DNA of 64,000 nt from positions 1,792,001 to 1,856,000 of the forward strand of contig OZ242372.1 in the NCBI GenBank assembly GCA_965209035.1, in the 5' to 3' direction. The position numbers and the translations under genes were made by a program. Positions 1 to 11,417 of this stretch are shown piece after piece (within the stretch, counting starts at the first letter, position 1; every line of letters starts with the position of its first letter). This stretch comes from Gammaproteobacteria bacterium (GTDB taxonomy: Bacteria > Pseudomonadota > Gammaproteobacteria > CBDBNL01 > JAAOII01). The notes below the pieces were generated by a model, which searched no databases, was not told where the DNA came from, and saw only the letters and a list, made by a program, of their open reading frames with translations.

Positions 1-39
1 ATCAATGTGCCTGATTTCCTAAAACGGCAAATGGACTGA
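1..39 (+). CDS. ftsZ: C-terminal end of cell division protein FtsZ (partial, window edge)
   Basis: Frame 1 reads INVPDFLKRQMD*, matching the conserved FtsZ C-terminal peptide (L/I)DIPAFLRKQAD. Only 12 residues are visible. Confidence 0.65.
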   Translation: MNVPDFLKRQMD

Positions 40-127
40 GAACACAGAAACACGGATGAGTCGCTTTTGCGTCATAATAGGAATTTGTCCGGATGGACGG
101 ACGGATGCGAGTTTCTTAAAAAATTAA

Positions 128-518
128 GGGAATTATATATCTAATCCTTATATTGAATTTTGAAAAGAATGTTGCTGTTTTTAGAGTGTAAAATCTAATG
201 ATAATGAAAAAAATTGAAAATGCCTTATCGTTGTATAGCTTTGTGAAACTGCCGATTGATCCTTTGAATACCAAAACAATTCAAATTTTCTTGAATAGGA
301 ATATGGTGAAAGGCAGTGTTTTCGCGGTATTGAGACGAGTGTGTCACGGCACATTTCACCATTTCAGTAAGAAGCATTTGGATAGATATGTGAATGAGTT
401 TTCGTTTCGTTTGATTGAAGGCAATTGTGAGATAGATACTATGGATAGAATTAAGGCGTTGTGTGGTGGAACAGTAAATAAGCACTTGACATACCAGAGG
501 TTGATTACGAATGAATAA
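128..518 (+). mobile_element. Internally deleted IS1595-family (ISNwi-like) transposase remnant
   Basis: ORF 198-518 ends in VFAVLRRVCHGTFHHFSKKHLDRYVNEFSFR...KHLTYQRL, typical of ISXO2/IS1595 transposase C-termini, but has no DDE core. GGGAATTAT at 128-136 fits the ISNwi-group end motif ggnnatTAT. Confidence 0.7.
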
Positions 519-2904
519 GATAAAAAAATCCGAATCAAGAACAGAGCATTATAGTAGAAAGCAACTGGATCGGTTGGGGTGGGATTTGAAAAAGGATGTG
601 ATGGAGAAGCAGGAGATAAGAGAGAAATATCCGGGCTATAAGAAAATACCAGATTTTACTTTATCCATTCAGGGTAAGCCAAGAGTAGTGATAGAGTGTA
701 AAAGTGATTATAAAGATATTAAGAAGGCGTCCGAAGAAGCAAAAAATTATGCCAAAGATCTAAACATTCCTGTGGCCATAGGCGTTGCTGGGAATGATGA
801 AGATGTTGGAATTCTTGTAGAGAGTTGGTATCAAGGGAAAAGAGTGTCTTATAAGGGGTGTCCTTTAACACAATTTTTGACAAAAAAGATTATTGAAGAT
901 TTACTACAAGTAGATTCAAATGAATTAGATCATCTGGTTGTTCCTGATGAGAAGTTTTTTTATGATGAAGCCGAATATATCAGTAATCAATTTAGGGCGG
1001 CACATGTAGATAAGAAGGACATGTCTCGTTATTTGGGTTGTTTTATTTTAGGGCTATTCTATGAGAAAGATATTGTGTTGGCGATGTCGGATAAGGGGCA
1101 TAGAGATGTGATTAATAGTTTGTTAGATAAACTGGATAAACAGATTGGAGGTAATCTGCATAATCAACTGATTGCAAATGTTCTGAAAATACATAATCCG
1201 AATGATGCGGTGATTAATCATTTAATGATAGCATTCCCCAAAATAATTTCTTCCTTGCGTAGATTGAATATAGAAGCGTTAATGCGTGCCGGTGAGGATG
1301 TGATTGGGTTATTTTTTGAGAATTTTTTACGGTACTCCAATGATAAGAAAGAATTGGGGATTGTTTTTACGCCTCGTCATATTGTACGTTTTATGTGCGA
1401 TGTGATTGGTTTAGAAATTGGAGATAAAGTATTGGATCCGTGTTGTGGCACAGGCGGTTTTTTGGTGCAAGCATATAGCCAAATACGTAAAAAAATAGAG
1501 GAGGATTATAAAGATGATCCGTACGCAAGAGATCGTAAAACAAAAGAGTTGGCGTCATCTATTTATGGAATTGAAAGTGAATCCACAGGTGAGATTTTGG
1601 CATTAGCAGTGGTAAATATGGTGATTAGAGGGGATGGTAAATCAAACATTATTGGTGGTGACTGTTTTGAAGATCATACAAGTATCAAGGATGCTTCATT
1701 TGATAAAGTTTTACTGAATCCGCCATATAGCTTGAAAAAGAGAGGAACAAATGGAAAATCGGAAGAAGAGTTTATGGATTGCGCTTTGTCTAAGCTGCAA
1801 AAAGGTGGGATGCTATGTGCGATTATTCCGTATTCTGTATTATCCAGTGGAAAATGGTATAAACAATTAACAACGAAGCATAGTGTTGTTGCCGCTTTTA
1901 GTGTTCCAGTAGAGTTATTTTATCCTGTTTCTATGCCTACGATTATTGTATTGATTAAGGCTGGTATTCCACAGAAAGATTCTTTAACTTTTATGGGAAG
2001 GATTGACGATGACGGGTACGAGATCGATCGTAATAAAAGAAGTAAGAAGGGTAAAGGTGATATTGAAATGATTTTGGAGACTTTCAAAATTTGGCAAGCC
2101 AGTAGTAAGAAGGCTAATCTGCCAAAATTTTATGGAGTGGTGAAGGCGGATGATGAAATTGTGCCAGAGAATTATCTTTTATCGGAGAAATTGACTTCTG
2201 CTGTGGTTTCATCGAAAGTAGATAAAGTGATTAGAGAACAGTTGTGTTTTCAGATCCGTTATTCGGATAAGGTACGAGATCTAGATTACGAGATAAACGA
2301 TTCAAAAATTAGTAATTTTATGAACAGTCCATTACGACTAGAAGATAAGAGAAAGGAGGAAATACAGGATTGGAGAGATATCTTTTTTTCAAGAGGTGAG
2401 ATGTTAGAGAAATATACGTCGCGTAAGAACATTAAAAGTGAAGAATATGACTTGGCTTGTATGTATGGTGATAAGGAATTACACGATAAAAGTTGGCTGC
2501 AATTAGGTGACGATATTATTGTATCCAGTGGTGGAACGGATAATGGGTTATATGGATTTTATGAATATTCACATAAAGCATCTTCCTTATCACAAATATA
2601 TAAAGAAAATGCGATGATTACTTGCGCGAGTGCTGGGACGATTGGCAGTGCTTTTGTGCAAGAGATTAATTTTAGTGCGTGTGATAGCACTTTGATATTC
2701 TTTCCAAAACCGAAGGTTGCAATAGAATTGCTTTATTATATCGCGGCACTCCTACGATTAGAGGCATGGAGATTTAGATATGGCAGACAGATGACTCCTG
2801 CCAGAATTACAAAATGTTTACGATTAGATTTGCGTTATTATGACCGCATAGCGATTCAGAAGTACAGAAATCAGTTACCATATCATTTTAATAGAGAGAG
2901 GTAG
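511..2904 (+). CDS. Single-chain restriction-modification enzyme (REase + N6-adenine MTase + TRD), BcgI-like/Type IIG
   Basis: N-terminal PD..IECK nuclease motif, GIVFTPRH, motif I LDPCCGTGGFL, GDGKSNI, motif IV NPPY, and a C-terminal TRD-like segment (SSGGTDNG...RFRYGRQ). AT-rich. Confidence 0.85.
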   Translation: MNKIKKSESRTEHYSRKQLDRLGWDLKKDVMEKQEIREKYPGYKKIPDFTLSIQGKPRVVIECKSDYKDIKKASEEAKNYAKDLNIPVAIGVAGNDEDVGILVESWYQGKRVSYKGCPLTQFLTKKIIEDLLQVDSNELDHLVVPDEKFFYDEAEYISNQFRAAHVDKKDMSRYLGCFILGLFYEKDIVLAMSDKGHRDVINSLLDKLDKQIGGNLHNQLIANVLKIHNPNDAVINHLMIAFPKIISSLRRLNIEALMRAGEDVIGLFFENFLRYSNDKKELGIVFTPRHIVRFMCDVIGLEIGDKVLDPCCGTGGFLVQAYSQIRKKIEEDYKDDPYARDRKTKELASSIYGIESESTGEILALAVVNMVIRGDGKSNIIGGDCFEDHTSIKDASFDKVLLNPPYSLKKRGTNGKSEEEFMDCALSKLQKGGMLCAIIPYSVLSSGKWYKQLTTKHSVVAAFSVPVELFYPVSMPTIIVLIKAGIPQKDSLTFMGRIDDDGYEIDRNKRSKKGKGDIEMILETFKIWQASSKKANLPKFYGVVKADDEIVPENYLLSEKLTSAVVSSKVDKVIREQLCFQIRYSDKVRDLDYEINDSKISNFMNSPLRLEDKRKEEIQDWRDIFFSRGEMLEKYTSRKNIKSEEYDLACMYGDKELHDKSWLQLGDDIIVSSGGTDNGLYGFYEYSHKASSLSQIYKENAMITCASAGTIGSAFVQEINFSACDSTLIFFPKPKVAIELLYYIAALLRLEAWRFRYGRQMTPARITKCLRLDLRYYDRIAIQKYRNQLPYHFNRER

Positions 2905-2986
2905 CAGATATTTTAATGCCGTCGTTTCTTAAAAAATTAAAAGAAACAGGGATGCGGCAATCTATATTCCTATTATTACAAAGCAC

Positions 2987-3439
2987 TTATATGGAGGTAA
3001 TATTACTGTCAAGCAAGGTCCTGTTGCTTTCCAAGAGTGTTTTATTGTATTCAAAACACTTTATTTCATACGCCAGGTCATATGCTTGTTTTTCACCTTT
3101 CAGATTGCTAATATCTGTAACGGTTCCGTCATCTGTGGAATGCTTTACTGCGACAATAACACCGCCTAGGAAGACAGGGACTCCAATTAGAAGTGGGGCA
3201 AACAATCCGACACCAACCATTACTCCTCCAAGCACACTATATTGATATTTTTTTTCTTGTTTGGTAATCGCAATGTCTAATTTTGGTTTGATTATTATTT
3301 GTTTGCTTCTAATGTCTTCACAGCTATGTTGTTCTCGGATATCTCGTGCGTCAATAAAAGAGCTGGGGTAGATTTGGTCTGGAGAAGTGGCACAGGCTGT
3401 GATAGCGAATGCCATTCCTAAAAGGGTAAGATGTTTCAT
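2987..3439 (-). CDS. Hypothetical lipoprotein with an internal hydrophobic segment
   Basis: Lipobox-like ITAC after a hydrophobic N-terminus, plus a Gly-rich transmembrane stretch. Confidence 0.6.
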   Translation of the reverse strand: MKHLTLLGMAFAITACATSPDQIYPSSFIDARDIREQHSCEDIRSKQIIIKPKLDIAITKQEKKYQYSVLGGVMVGVGLFAPLLIGVPVFLGGVIVAVKHSTDDGTVTDISNLKGEKQAYDLAYEIKCFEYNKTLLESNRTLLDSNITSI

Positions 3440-3748
3440 ATTTTCTTGTTTTTGTTGTGATACTAAAAATAAAATACTGACTCAAAAGAGAGCCATGTAT
3501 ATCACAAATTCGGCAAGGAATTTTCTTGGCAAATTTGTAATAGAGTTATTTTAGATTAATAAAGACATTGAGTTTTACAAAATTCAATGGAACATTTCAA
3601 GGCGGTACACTAGCTATTTGAATTCATGATTTCTTTTGATTCTCAAGATCCCATTTGTAGCCCTCAAGACACTTCAAAACCACCAAAAAATCTCTTAACC
3701 TATCGGGGTTTCTTAGCGTTGTTGTAATTGACCATGGCTTTTTCATAG

Positions 3749-5041
3749 TCACTTTTTTACTTTACAGTAGAAAATGCGTTCCGCGTGTTCTTCGCCGTTG
3801 CTTCTCCCGGTTGTAAAAACTTTGTAATCTTTTTCAAATACTTCAACATCACCCTTATCGTTTAGGATTTGTAAAATATCTTCGTCATTGATTCTCGCGT
3901 TAGAACGTTCGTCCTTTGAATCTCCCGTATTGTTATAAGAAAATAAAATATGGTTACAATTCGCATGTTGAATTAAATTCGCAAACGCACTGATTGCACT
4001 TTTGAGGCAGTATTCGCTTTTGATATGCGAGCGATCCATTTTCTTACTCACTCCCACAACTTCGGGTTTTTTCCACTCGGCAAGATTTTCCAAAAGATGA
4101 TAGGCATCGGAATATTGACGGGAGTTATAAGGAGGATCGATATATAAAACATCACATGCGATCTTTCCAACGAGAGTATTGGCATCCTCTTTGTAAACTT
4201 TATTTTTGGTATTGCATGCATGGTCAATATCGGGGATAAGAAGTCTGATGGGTCGGGTCATATCCAACTTCTTGCGAAAAGCATCATAATGCCCCACGGT
4301 ATTTGCCACCTTGTCAACTGCATAGAGCAAAGCGCAAATCAATATTTCTTTTTCATCCCGGCTTTCGGCAAGGTGTTCTATCTCTTCTCTTATTACTCCA
4401 ATCTTTTGGGCATTCTCTTTTGTAAAATAAGTTCCGCCGAAATGCTTTGAAAAATAATTCTCTTTTGCGTTGGGCAGATGATTTAAATATTCTATCTTTC
4501 CGACAATGTTTTTTTGAAAATCTTGGCTGGTTCCTAAAAACGCTTTCAGACAAACATAGTTTGCAAAAAGCAAGTCATTGGAAATGATCGCGGTGTCCGG
4601 ATCATTAAACCTTTCGCCGACAACACCTGTCCCGGCAAAAATATCGCAAAGCGAATCTATTTGGCCGCATTTTGGGGAAATAATCTCTTCAATAAATCCA
4701 AGTAGTTTATATTTGTTACCCAAGTAACGCCTATTCTGAAGTTGAAAATACCCGCTCGGCGGCCGGTGCGTTTGAAAATCATTGTTTATCTTTTGCGGGC
4801 TGATAGGATCATGAGTGCATTTTCCAAATTCCTGCGAATCAAAAAATGTTCTTTGCGGGTTATCCGCAACACAATATTCAAAATTGATGTTTTGGGGTTC
4901 TTGATAAACACTATGATTGGCATTTTCCGATCCCCGCACATCATTAATAATCGGAGCATCCTTGGTTTCTTCCGTCTGTTTAATTTTACTCAGATCCCCA
5001 ACATCTTTTCTATTTGATGATAAGTCGCCGGACATTCGCAA
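3749..5041 (-). CDS. Orphan DNA adenine methyltransferase (D12/FokI-StsI-like, alpha class)
   Basis: RYLGNK, motif I DIFAGTGVV, DKVANTVGHY, motif IV YIDPPY. True start may lie downstream of the called one. Confidence 0.85.
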   Translation of the reverse strand: MRMSGDLSSNRKDVGDLSKIKQTEETKDAPIINDVRGSENANHSVYQEPQNINFEYCVADNPQRTFFDSQEFGKCTHDPISPQKINNDFQTHRPPSGYFQLQNRRYLGNKYKLLGFIEEIISPKCGQIDSLCDIFAGTGVVGERFNDPDTAIISNDLLFANYVCLKAFLGTSQDFQKNIVGKIEYLNHLPNAKENYFSKHFGGTYFTKENAQKIGVIREEIEHLAESRDEKEILICALLYAVDKVANTVGHYDAFRKKLDMTRPIRLLIPDIDHACNTKNKVYKEDANTLVGKIACDVLYIDPPYNSRQYSDAYHLLENLAEWKKPEVVGVSKKMDRSHIKSEYCLKSAISAFANLIQHANCNHILFSYNNTGDSKDERSNARINDEDILQILNDKGDVEVFEKDYKVFTTGRSNGEEHAERIFYCKVKK

Positions 5042-5380
5042 TAGTTGTAATCAGAGGTAAAAATTTTTTATCTTGTGTAAATTATAACAGATTCTTTAAA
5101 ACACGAATAGTTCAAAATCGAGCGGGGTGATCCGGCGTCCGGAAATTGTTTGCGGTCCTTTCTTATAATAAACAGTATGTTTTTATTTTGCCGGTTTTTT
5201 GGTGCCGGTTTGACTATCAGACAGTGTTTGTCTTTGTTCTTACTTAGAAGTAATTGATGCATTCCGGCACTTTGGTGTTCGGACACTCATTGCTCATTGA
5301 ATGATGAGTGAACTCCCGTAGTTGTTACGGGTAAAAATATAAGGATAAACAGTAAGGATTAATTAAAAGATAACTGAAAA

Positions 5381-6907
5381 ATGAAAAATTCTCTGATAGT
5401 TTTTGATACAACTCTGCGCGACGGCGAACAAAGCCCCGGCGCAACGATGACAAGCGACGAAAAGGTGCGCATTGCTCGCAGTCTGGAAAAGATGCGCGCG
5501 GATGTGATTGAAGCGGGCTTCCCGATTGCAAGCGAAGGCGACTTCGCTTCCGTGCGTGCCGTTGCCAAAACAATAAAAGACAGCAGCGTCTGCGGTCTGG
5601 CAAGAGCATTGCCGGGTGACATCCGGCGTGCCGCCGATGCGATTGCCCCCGCACCGCGCAAGCGTCTCCACACATTTATTGCCACTTCCCCCATTCATAT
5701 GCAATTCAAATTGAAGATGCAACCGGATGAGGTGTTGCAAAATGCGATCAAGGCGGTCAAACTCGCCCGCAATCTGTGTGATGATGTGGAGTTTTCCTGC
5801 GAAGATGCGGGTCGCTCGGAGCCTGACTTTTTGTGTCGGGTCATAGAAGCCGCCATTGACGAAGGTGCCGCGACCATTAACATTCCGGACACGGTGGGCT
5901 ATGCCTTGCCGTTCTCTTTTGGCGAACTGGTAGCGGACCTGATTGAGCGGGTGCCGAATTCGGATAAGGCGGTTTTTTCCGCCCATTGCCATAATGACCT
6001 GGGGCTGGCGACTGCCAATTCTCTGGCTGCCCTAAGAGCCGGCGCACGCCAGGTGGAATGCACCATTAACGGATTGGGCGAGCGGGCGGGCAACACCGCT
6101 TTGGAAGAAGTGGTTATGGCGATCAAGACGCGCGGCGATTTTGTGGATCTGGAAGTGAACTTGGATTGTTCGCAGATTGTGCCGACTTCCCGCTTGGTAT
6201 CGCAGATCACCGGTTTCCCGGTGCAGCCCAACAAGGCGATTGTGGGTGCCAACGCATTCGCGCACGAGTCCGGCATTCACCAGGACGGTATCATTAAGCA
6301 TCGCCAAACCTATGAAATTATGCGCGCCGAGGATGTGGGTTGGTCGACCAACCGATTGGTTCTGGGAAAACATTCGGGGCGTAATGCGTTCGGCAAGAGA
6401 CTGTCGGAACTTGGTTATGAGTTTTCCGCGGAGAGACTGAGTCAACTGTTTTTGGACTTTAAGAAGTTGGCGGATCGCAAGCATTTTATTTATGACGAGG
6501 ATCTGCATTCTTTGATGGGGGTGCAAAACGGCGAAGAGGGGTTTGCCCTGCATTCCGCAGAGGTTACCACCCGAACGGGAGAAAGATCCTATGCAAAAGT
6601 GACTCTTTCAAAAAACGGGGAAGAACTTGTAGAGGAGTCTTTCGGCAACGGTCCTGTGAATGCTGTTTTTGATGCCATTCGTAAGATCACACACACTAAC
6701 GGTGAATTGGTGTTGTATTCGGTTAACGCCATTACCGAGGGCACGGATGCACTGGGTGAGGTGATGGTGCGGTTACGCGAGAACGAGCGTATTGTTAACG
6801 GCGCCGGTTCCGATCTGGATGTGATTACGGCTTCGGCAAAAGCCTATGTGCGCGCGGTTAACTTGCTGAAATCCGCCAAGACCTCGGATGCCAAAACGCC
6901 CCTATGA
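5381..6907 (+). CDS. leuA: 2-isopropylmalate synthase
   Basis: [37 protein letters not shown] and a C-terminal regulatory domain. Confidence 0.97.
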   Translation: MKNSLIVFDTTLRDGEQSPGATMTSDEKVRIARSLEKMRADVIEAGFPIASEGDFASVRAVAKTIKDSSVCGLARALPGDIRRAADAIAPAPRKRLHTFIATSPIHMQFKLKMQPDEVLQNAIKAVKLARNLCDDVEFSCEDAGRSEPDFLCRVIEAAIDEGAATINIPDTVGYALPFSFGELVADLIERVPNSDKAVFSAHCHNDLGLATANSLAALRAGARQVECTINGLGERAGNTALEEVVMAIKTRGDFVDLEVNLDCSQIVPTSRLVSQITGFPVQPNKAIVGANAFAHESGIHQDGIIKHRQTYEIMRAEDVGWSTNRLVLGKHSGRNAFGKRLSELGYEFSAERLSQLFLDFKKLADRKHFIYDEDLHSLMGVQNGEEGFALHSAEVTTRTGERSYAKVTLSKNGEELVEESFGNGPVNAVFDAIRKITHTNGELVLYSVNAITEGTDALGEVMVRLRENERIVNGAGSDLDVITASAKAYVRAVNLLKSAKTSDAKTPL

Positions 6908-7824
6908 CGAATATTCTGCCGAACACTCGTCAATATATTCTGTGTAATGAATTGGGGTTGGTCCTTTGGCGTTCCCGTCCCATAGTTTCAAATACGAAAC
7001 CCGCGGATGTTGCCGCTCGCTATTTATTTAAAGAGCCTAAGATGCCTAAAACGCCTGAAATGTCCGCGGCATCCGAATCTGCTCATCCGGAAAAACAGCG
7101 AACTGATGAAGAGGGCGCGGGAGGCATGGAGGGCACAGGCATAGAGCGAAGGGGCGCGGGCATAGAGCGAAAGTTGACGGAGAAGCGAGAGCAAAAAAGC
7201 CCGTTCGTTTCTGTTTCGCCTGTTTCGCCTGTTTCTTTGAAAGCGGGACACACACAAGCGGAGCCTGATCCTCGCCCCGAGCAATCGGTGCGGGTTGCCG
7301 CCATTGCCACCCGGGCACCGGCTGCGGAAAATCCGGCACCAACCGCTCCGCCTGAGCCGACCCCGGAAACTTCCGCAGGTGCGGCATCCGACCCGAAAGA
7401 GAATCACAAAAATGCGTCTTCTTTTAAGTTGCGTGCCTTGTCTTTTGCGGATACCAGTGTTCTTTATTTGCCGGACAACAATTTCCCCACTTCCAATTTG
7501 GTTGAAAATATGTTCGTTAAGTGCGGTGCGGACATAACGGCTATTAAAACAGCCGACCTGGAATGGCCGCCTGCGGAACATTTTTCCCGGGCGGGCTATC
7601 CTGCGGTGTCCTCCAAATCCGCGTGTCGCGGGTTTTTGAGCGGAATTGGCTGTTCTTTCGCGGTGGTCATGGGAGAAGAAGCCGAGAATATCCTAAAAAG
7701 TGCTACGGACATTGAATATGTCCGCACGGACAGCCCGGCGGAACTGTTACAAGAACCGGAAAAAAGAAAAGTGGCATGGCAGATTCTGGAACCCCTGCGA
7801 AAAAAATTGACCGAGACACCGTGA
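6904..7824 (+). CDS. Hypothetical protein, DNA polymerase III psi (HolD)-like ends with a low-complexity linker
   Basis: N-terminal RQYIL..LGLVLW and C-terminal [16 protein letters not shown] resemble psi-like proteins. The middle is Pro/Ala/Glu-rich. Confidence 0.45.
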   Translation: MTNILPNTRQYILCNELGLVLWRSRPIVSNTKPADVAARYLFKEPKMPKTPEMSAASESAHPEKQRTDEEGAGGMEGTGIERRGAGIERKLTEKREQKSPFVSVSPVSPVSLKAGHTQAEPDPRPEQSVRVAAIATRAPAAENPAPTAPPEPTPETSAGAASDPKENHKNASSFKLRALSFADTSVLYLPDNNFPTSNLVENMFVKCGADITAIKTADLEWPPAEHFSRAGYPAVSSKSACRGFLSGIGCSFAVVMGEEAENILKSATDIEYVRTDSPAELLQEPEKRKVAWQILEPLRKKLTETP

Positions 7825-7831
7825 CACCATC

Positions 7832-8233
7832 ATGATACCAAACGAACTCATCTTGCACAAACGCTCCGCCACATTGGAGATTGTGTATGACGAACGAAAG
7901 CATACCCTGCCGGCCGCCTACTTGCGCGCCAAGTCTCCGTCAGCCGAAAACAAGGTTGCGGCAGCGGCGGTTTACAAGCCGAATATTAAATTGCAAAAAG
8001 TGGAGACCATCGGCAACTACGCCTTACGGCTGTACTTTGACGACGGCCACCAAAGCGGGATCTATAGTTGGTCATACTTGCATCGTCTCTGTCTTGCCAT
8101 GCCCACCGAAATACCAAAACTGCAAGCCGCATCTGTCGCCGCCACCTCCGCAGCCGCCGCTACGGCCGAGACCCGGGTGCTGCACATTCGGCCGGCCGCT
8201 AGTTCTGCGGCTGCCGAGACCAAGCCAAAATGA
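7832..8233 (+). CDS. DUF971 / gamma-butyrobetaine hydroxylase-like N-terminal domain protein
   Basis: YLRAKSPSAE...GNYALRLYFDDGHQSGIYSWSYL. Confidence 0.85.
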   Translation: MIPNELILHKRSATLEIVYDERKHTLPAAYLRAKSPSAENKVAAAAVYKPNIKLQKVETIGNYALRLYFDDGHQSGIYSWSYLHRLCLAMPTEIPKLQAASVAATSAAAATAETRVLHIRPAASSAAAETKPK

Positions 8234-8246
8234 ATTCTGTTGTAAT

Positions 8247-9104
8247 ATGGTTAAGATGTCTTTTTATGTTTTGGCAATGCCGATAGGTCACGCCGCCGAC
8301 ATCTCCGCGCGAGCATTGGATGTCCTTCGCCGTGCCGATTTAATTCTTGCGGAGGATACCGCCAAGAGTGCAAAACTTCTTTCCGTTTACGGCATCAAGA
8401 CCAAGGCACGCTTGCGCCGTTGCGACGCTCATACGGAAGAGACCCTTGCGGTGGGTAACCGGATAGAAGATCTCATCGGTAAAAACGATTCCGTTGTCTT
8501 AATTAGTGATGCCGGCAGTCCGACCGTATCGGATCCCGGGCGGAAGCTGGTAGCCGGCATGCATCAAAAAGAAGTCCCCGTGATCCCGATTCCGGGAGCA
8601 TCCGCGGCCGTGGCAGCCTTGTCCGTATCGGGGTTCTCGGGGGATCGTTTCTCTTTTGCGGGTTATCCGCCCAGACATAAAAAAGAACGCCTTGCATATT
8701 TTGTAAAAATAAAGAAAAGATGTGAGACGGTGATTTTTTACGAGGCGGCGAGAAGGCTGGTATCTTGCTTGGAAGATATGCAAACTGTTTTTGGCAAGGA
8801 CCGATTGGTTTTTTTTGCGCACGATATGACGAAAGTGCATGAGAGTTTTTTCCGCGGTGAATTGTGGAAACTCAAACAGGATATTGCTCCTTTTGTTAAA
8901 GGCGAGGTGACCCTGGTTGTTAAGGGAGAGAAACAGGATGCCGACAGTGACACTCTTGCGGATCCGGGAGAGAATCTGTTGCGGAGCATCTTGTCGGATG
9001 TGCCGCCCGGTCGGGCGGCCGAAATTGCGGCGCAGTTTGGAAGAAACGGCAGAAATTATTATTATCGCCTTGCATTGGGTTTGGATAACGGCGAAAACGA
9101 GTAA
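8247..9104 (+). CDS. rsmI: 16S rRNA (cytidine1402-2'-O)-methyltransferase
   Basis: PIGHAADISARA, AEDT, SDAGSPTVSDPG, PIPGASA, TKVHE. Start placed at ATG 8247 (8256 is an alternative). Confidence 0.9.
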   Translation: MVKMSFYVLAMPIGHAADISARALDVLRRADLILAEDTAKSAKLLSVYGIKTKARLRRCDAHTEETLAVGNRIEDLIGKNDSVVLISDAGSPTVSDPGRKLVAGMHQKEVPVIPIPGASAAVAALSVSGFSGDRFSFAGYPPRHKKERLAYFVKIKKRCETVIFYEAARRLVSCLEDMQTVFGKDRLVFFAHDMTKVHESFFRGELWKLKQDIAPFVKGEVTLVVKGEKQDADSDTLADPGENLLRSILSDVPPGRAAEIAAQFGRNGRNYYYRLALGLDNGENE

Positions 9105-9125
9105 GATATTAAAACAGGTATCAAT

Positions 9126-10094
9126 ATGAACAATAACAAAAAATCCGGGGAAAACATTAAAAACATTAAATGCGGTGTCATAGGGGTGGGCTATTGGGGT
9201 AAATTTCATGCCCGCAAGTATGCCGCTATGGATAATGTCACTCTTTGCGGCCTATCCGATACCAACGCAGATACCGGCCAGGATGTGGCGAATGAACTGA
9301 ACTGCGCTTATTACAAAGACTATCACGCACTCTGTGAGGATGTGGATCTTGTCAGTGTGGCGGTTCCCGCAATGCATCACCACAGGGTGGGTTGCGATGT
9401 TTTGAAACACGGCGTATCCTGCTTGGTAGAAAAGCCTCTGGCGGTTACCACAGAGGAAGCCCGGGAAATGATAGAGTTGGCGAAGGAGCGTTCTTTGATA
9501 TTGCGTGTCGGCTACATAGAACGATATAATCCGGTATTTATTATCCTAAAAAAACTCTGCCATAGGCCGCGTCTTATTAATGTGGAAAGGCTCGTTCCCT
9601 ATACCAAGCGTGCCTTGGATGTGAATGCGATTTTGGATTTAATGATCCATGATCTGGATATGGTCATTCAACTGATGGACTCTGAAATTACGGATGTGCG
9701 CGGAACCGGCTTACATGTTCTTTCCGATAAAATTGATACGGCTAGCACCTGTTTGACCTTTGCCTCCGGGGGGATGGTTAATCTGAATGTCAATCGCACC
9801 AGTCTGGTGCAGTCTCGGATTATCCATGTGTTTCAGGAGGACCTGTATCTTATCGGGGATATGAAAGAAAAGACACTGACCCGAGTAACAAAAAACAATA
9901 ACGGTCAGTTGATTGCCCAACAAGAAAAGGGCGCGAATAATACCTATGATGCGTTGAACCTTCAGTTGCTGGATTTTGTGCGGGTGGTCCGAGAAAAGGA
10001 TTTTCGTAGCCTATTGCCTGTGAGTGGCGAAGATTCTATGTCAAGTTTGGATGTGGCGGAGCAAATGAACGAAATCCTAAAGAGAGTTAACTAA
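9126..10094 (+). CDS. Gfo/Idh/MocA oxidoreductase (GnnA-like)
   Basis: GVIGVGYWG, EKPL, ERYNP, LDLMIHDLD. Confidence 0.85.
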   Translation: MNNNKKSGENIKNIKCGVIGVGYWGKFHARKYAAMDNVTLCGLSDTNADTGQDVANELNCAYYKDYHALCEDVDLVSVAVPAMHHHRVGCDVLKHGVSCLVEKPLAVTTEEAREMIELAKERSLILRVGYIERYNPVFIILKKLCHRPRLINVERLVPYTKRALDVNAILDLMIHDLDMVIQLMDSEITDVRGTGLHVLSDKIDTASTCLTFASGGMVNLNVNRTSLVQSRIIHVFQEDLYLIGDMKEKTLTRVTKNNNGQLIAQQEKGANNTYDALNLQLLDFVRVVREKDFRSLLPVSGEDSMSSLDVAEQMNEILKRVN

Positions 10095-10295
10095 CGGCAG
10101 GGCGGGTATTGCCGGCTCCCGTTTTTTTGTTTGCCGGTTTGGGTCTGGGATCCGCGAACCTTTAGTTGTTAAACCGGCAATAAAGTAGCCCTGCCACAAG
10201 TTGCTCCTCCGTCCCTCCGTCCCTTGACCTCTTTTTTGTTGCTTTGCTGCGCTGAGGCGGAAGAGTAAAGGAGTAAAGGAGTAAAGGGATAAATG

Positions 10296-11372
10296 TTAGA
10301 TTTTTGGCTCCCGTTCTTCGGTTCCGCACTGGGCGATATGCAGCAGCCGGTGGTCCAGTAAAACTAAAGCCAGCATTGCTTCCACAATCGGTACGGCTCG
10401 GATAGCCACACAAGGGTCATGTCGGCCTTTGACGCGAATTTCGGTTTCCTTGCCGGCCGTATCCAGAGTGTGCGCCGTCTTCAGAATACTGGAAGTGGGT
10501 TTGAATGCCACATCCGCGATAATCTCTTGCCCCGTGCTAATGCCACCCAGGATGCCGCCGGCATGGTTGGAGGTGAAGCCCTTATCGGTTAATTCGTCGC
10601 GCTGCCGGCTGCCGATGCCGCCGGCAGCGTCAAAACCGGCTCCTATGGCAACCGCCTTGGCGGCGTTGATGCTCATCATCGCCTTGGCAATATCCGCATC
10701 CAACTTGTCAAAAACGGGCGAACCCCAACCGACCGGAACACCCGCGGCAACCGCCCGAATTCTTCCGCCAACCGAATCGCCTTCCTTACGCATCTTTTCC
10801 AGTAAGTCGGTAATCTTGCCGACAAGGTTGGGATCCGCACAGAAAAAGGGGTTCTTTTCAATGGTGTCCGGCTGACATCTGTCCGCTTTGAGATGCCCGA
10901 CCTGTGCCAGATGCGCGTAAATGGAAATCTTGTGTTCAACGGCGAGCAGTTTGCGGGCGATGGCACCGGCCGCAACCCAGAGAGCAGTTTCGCGGGCGGA
11001 GGTTCTGCCGCCGCCGCGATGATCGCGAATGCCGTATTTTTTCCAATAGGTCCAGTCGGCATGGCCGGGGCGAAACTTGTCTTTGATGTCATCATAGTCT
11101 TTTGACCTTGCATCCGTATTGCGGATTAGTAAACCGATAGGCGTGCCGGTTGTCTGTCCTTCAAACAGGCCGGACAGAATTTCAACCTTGTCCGCCTCCC
11201 GCCGGCGTGTCGTCCATTTGGATTGGTTTGGTCGCCGCCGGTCCAATTGTTGTTGGATATCCCGTTCGCTCAACGGTAGTCCGGGCGGACAGCCGTCCAC
11301 TATGCCGCCGATTGCCGGCCCGTGACTTTCACCGAAGGTGGTCAGGCGAAAAATCTTGCCAAAAGTATTCAT
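10296..11372 (-). CDS. aroC: Chorismate synthase
   Basis: [32 protein letters not shown]. Confidence 0.97.
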   Translation of the reverse strand: MNTFGKIFRLTTFGESHGPAIGGIVDGCPPGLPLSERDIQQQLDRRRPNQSKWTTRRREADKVEILSGLFEGQTTGTPIGLLIRNTDARSKDYDDIKDKFRPGHADWTYWKKYGIRDHRGGGRTSARETALWVAAGAIARKLLAVEHKISIYAHLAQVGHLKADRCQPDTIEKNPFFCADPNLVGKITDLLEKMRKEGDSVGGRIRAVAAGVPVGWGSPVFDKLDADIAKAMMSINAAKAVAIGAGFDAAGGIGSRQRDELTDKGFTSNHAGGILGGISTGQEIIADVAFKPTSSILKTAHTLDTAGKETEIRVKGRHDPCVAIRAVPIVEAMLALVLLDHRLLHIAQCGTEEREPKI

Positions 11373-11417
11373 CAGTTAATAATAGAAATTAAATTAAAGG
11401 TTGCATTAAAGATTGCC

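Noticed and set aside
7881-8246. Long N-terminal extension of RsmI in the ORF track
   Set aside because: It overlaps the DUF971 gene in another frame. RsmI similarity starts near ATG 8247/8256.
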